Source: Vermamoeba vermiformis
Lineage: Eukaryota
Length of the DNA: 64,000 nucleotides
Assembly (NCBI GenBank): GCA_045837725.1
Contig: JBEWZL010000239.1
Span: 682,001 to 746,000 of the forward strand
Direction: 5' to 3'
Shown: positions 63,326 to 64,000 of the stretch, piece by piece
How the letters are laid out: each line of letters begins with the position of its first letter
How positions within the stretch are numbered: the first letter of the stretch is position 1
Position numbers and translations under genes: made by a program
The notes under the pieces: model-generated
What the model was told of the DNA's origin: nothing
What the model saw: the letters and a program-made list of their open reading frames with translations, nothing else
Databases searched by the model: none

Positions 63326-64000
63326 ATGGATCGAAATTCCCGAAAGGCGAAGGATTCGATCAAAAAGAAGGTAAAATTATTTTCGCCTTTAGCCCGCTTT
63401 CTCAACCAATTCCCGGCCATTATAATATTATAAATTTTAATTATATTGCATATTTATTGCTGTACTAATTTTTACTTTAGGAGAAAAAGAAACAACTTAA
63501 TCCGGATGTGATCGAGGACGTAAGAACTTACGTGGAATTCTTAGTTCTTGCCCGTAATCGATCCACGCCGAGTAGAACGGTCAACGAGTACATGCAGAAG
63601 CTTTTCAAGTCCTTGCCGTACTATGCACCGTTTTGTCACCGAGCGGATTTCGTTTTTTTCTACGTGGTGTTCGACTTCCACGGGATGCTTCCCCCAACCC
63701 CTGAAGCTACCATGGCGTATCCAAAGTGGCTCAAATCCTACCGGCAATTGGTCGCCGAAGGCCTTGGTACCGTCGTTGGAGCGAATCCGGTGTGGCAAGG
63801 CTTCATGGAGCTCATGCAGCGATTCCCGAAGCTCCTAGCGTCTGCGCAACAAAATATCTGCATGCCAAACGTCACGAAGAGCATCGTCAACAACATCGCA
63901 ACGTCAACCATTCACGAAGAGTGTGCCAAACTTTGGTGCGCGATGCGGTACAACCCGAAGTACTGGGTTTCGCTGGAGCGTTTAAACGAGCTCCTCAAAG
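63326..64000 (+). CDS. Hypothetical protein, 5' part (exon 63326-63370, intron 63371-63480, exon open to window end)
   Basis: ATG...AAG|gtaaa and ttag|GAG splice in phase 0; frame EKKKQLNPDVIEDVRTY...YWVSLERLNELLK has no stop for 520 nt; CpG-rich again; no family recognised. Confidence 0.55.

Noticed and set aside
1-64000. tRNA, rRNA, snRNA genes and U12-type introns
   Set aside because: No convincing T-loop/cloverleaf, rRNA signature or RTATCCTT donor seen by eye; tRNAscan-SE and Infernal would be needed to exclude them

Overview
Eukaryotic, gene-dense and intron-rich genomic DNA. Introns are GT-AG, mostly about 45-60 nt, with CTAA(C/T)-type branch points; first introns are longer and AT-rich. 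Gene content points to an amoebozoan-like protist (inference only). About 28 spliced host genes occupy 1-60087: M11 gametolysin-like protease, THOC7, LEO1, three F-box proteins, Prx5-type peroxiredoxin, EF-hand protein, AN1-ZnF/UBL protein, a divergent histone H3, RalGAP-alpha-like, STK11IP-like, tandem-GST_N, two GPI-type clan GH-A glycosidases alternating with two F-box-like/ankyrin paralogs, OS-9, an NPAT-like LisH protein, an HNH protein lacking its first catalytic His, an exomer ChAP, Der/EngA, PLB1-like lipase, a divergent MBOAT, a CAT-type transporter and an M12B protease. From about 59890 to 62900 the DNA abruptly becomes CpG-depleted and holds decayed mobile elements: a probable non-LTR retroelement and an intron-containing, Sola2-like DNA transposase fused to a C-terminal chromodomain. 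The strongest leads are that chromodomain-transposase in an apparently methylation-eroded block, and the NPAT-like gene, which carries the animal NPAT C-terminal motif and has two E2F-consensus sites upstream. Gene models were spliced by eye; internal exon boundaries and some termini are approximate, and family assignments come from recalled motifs, not database searches.
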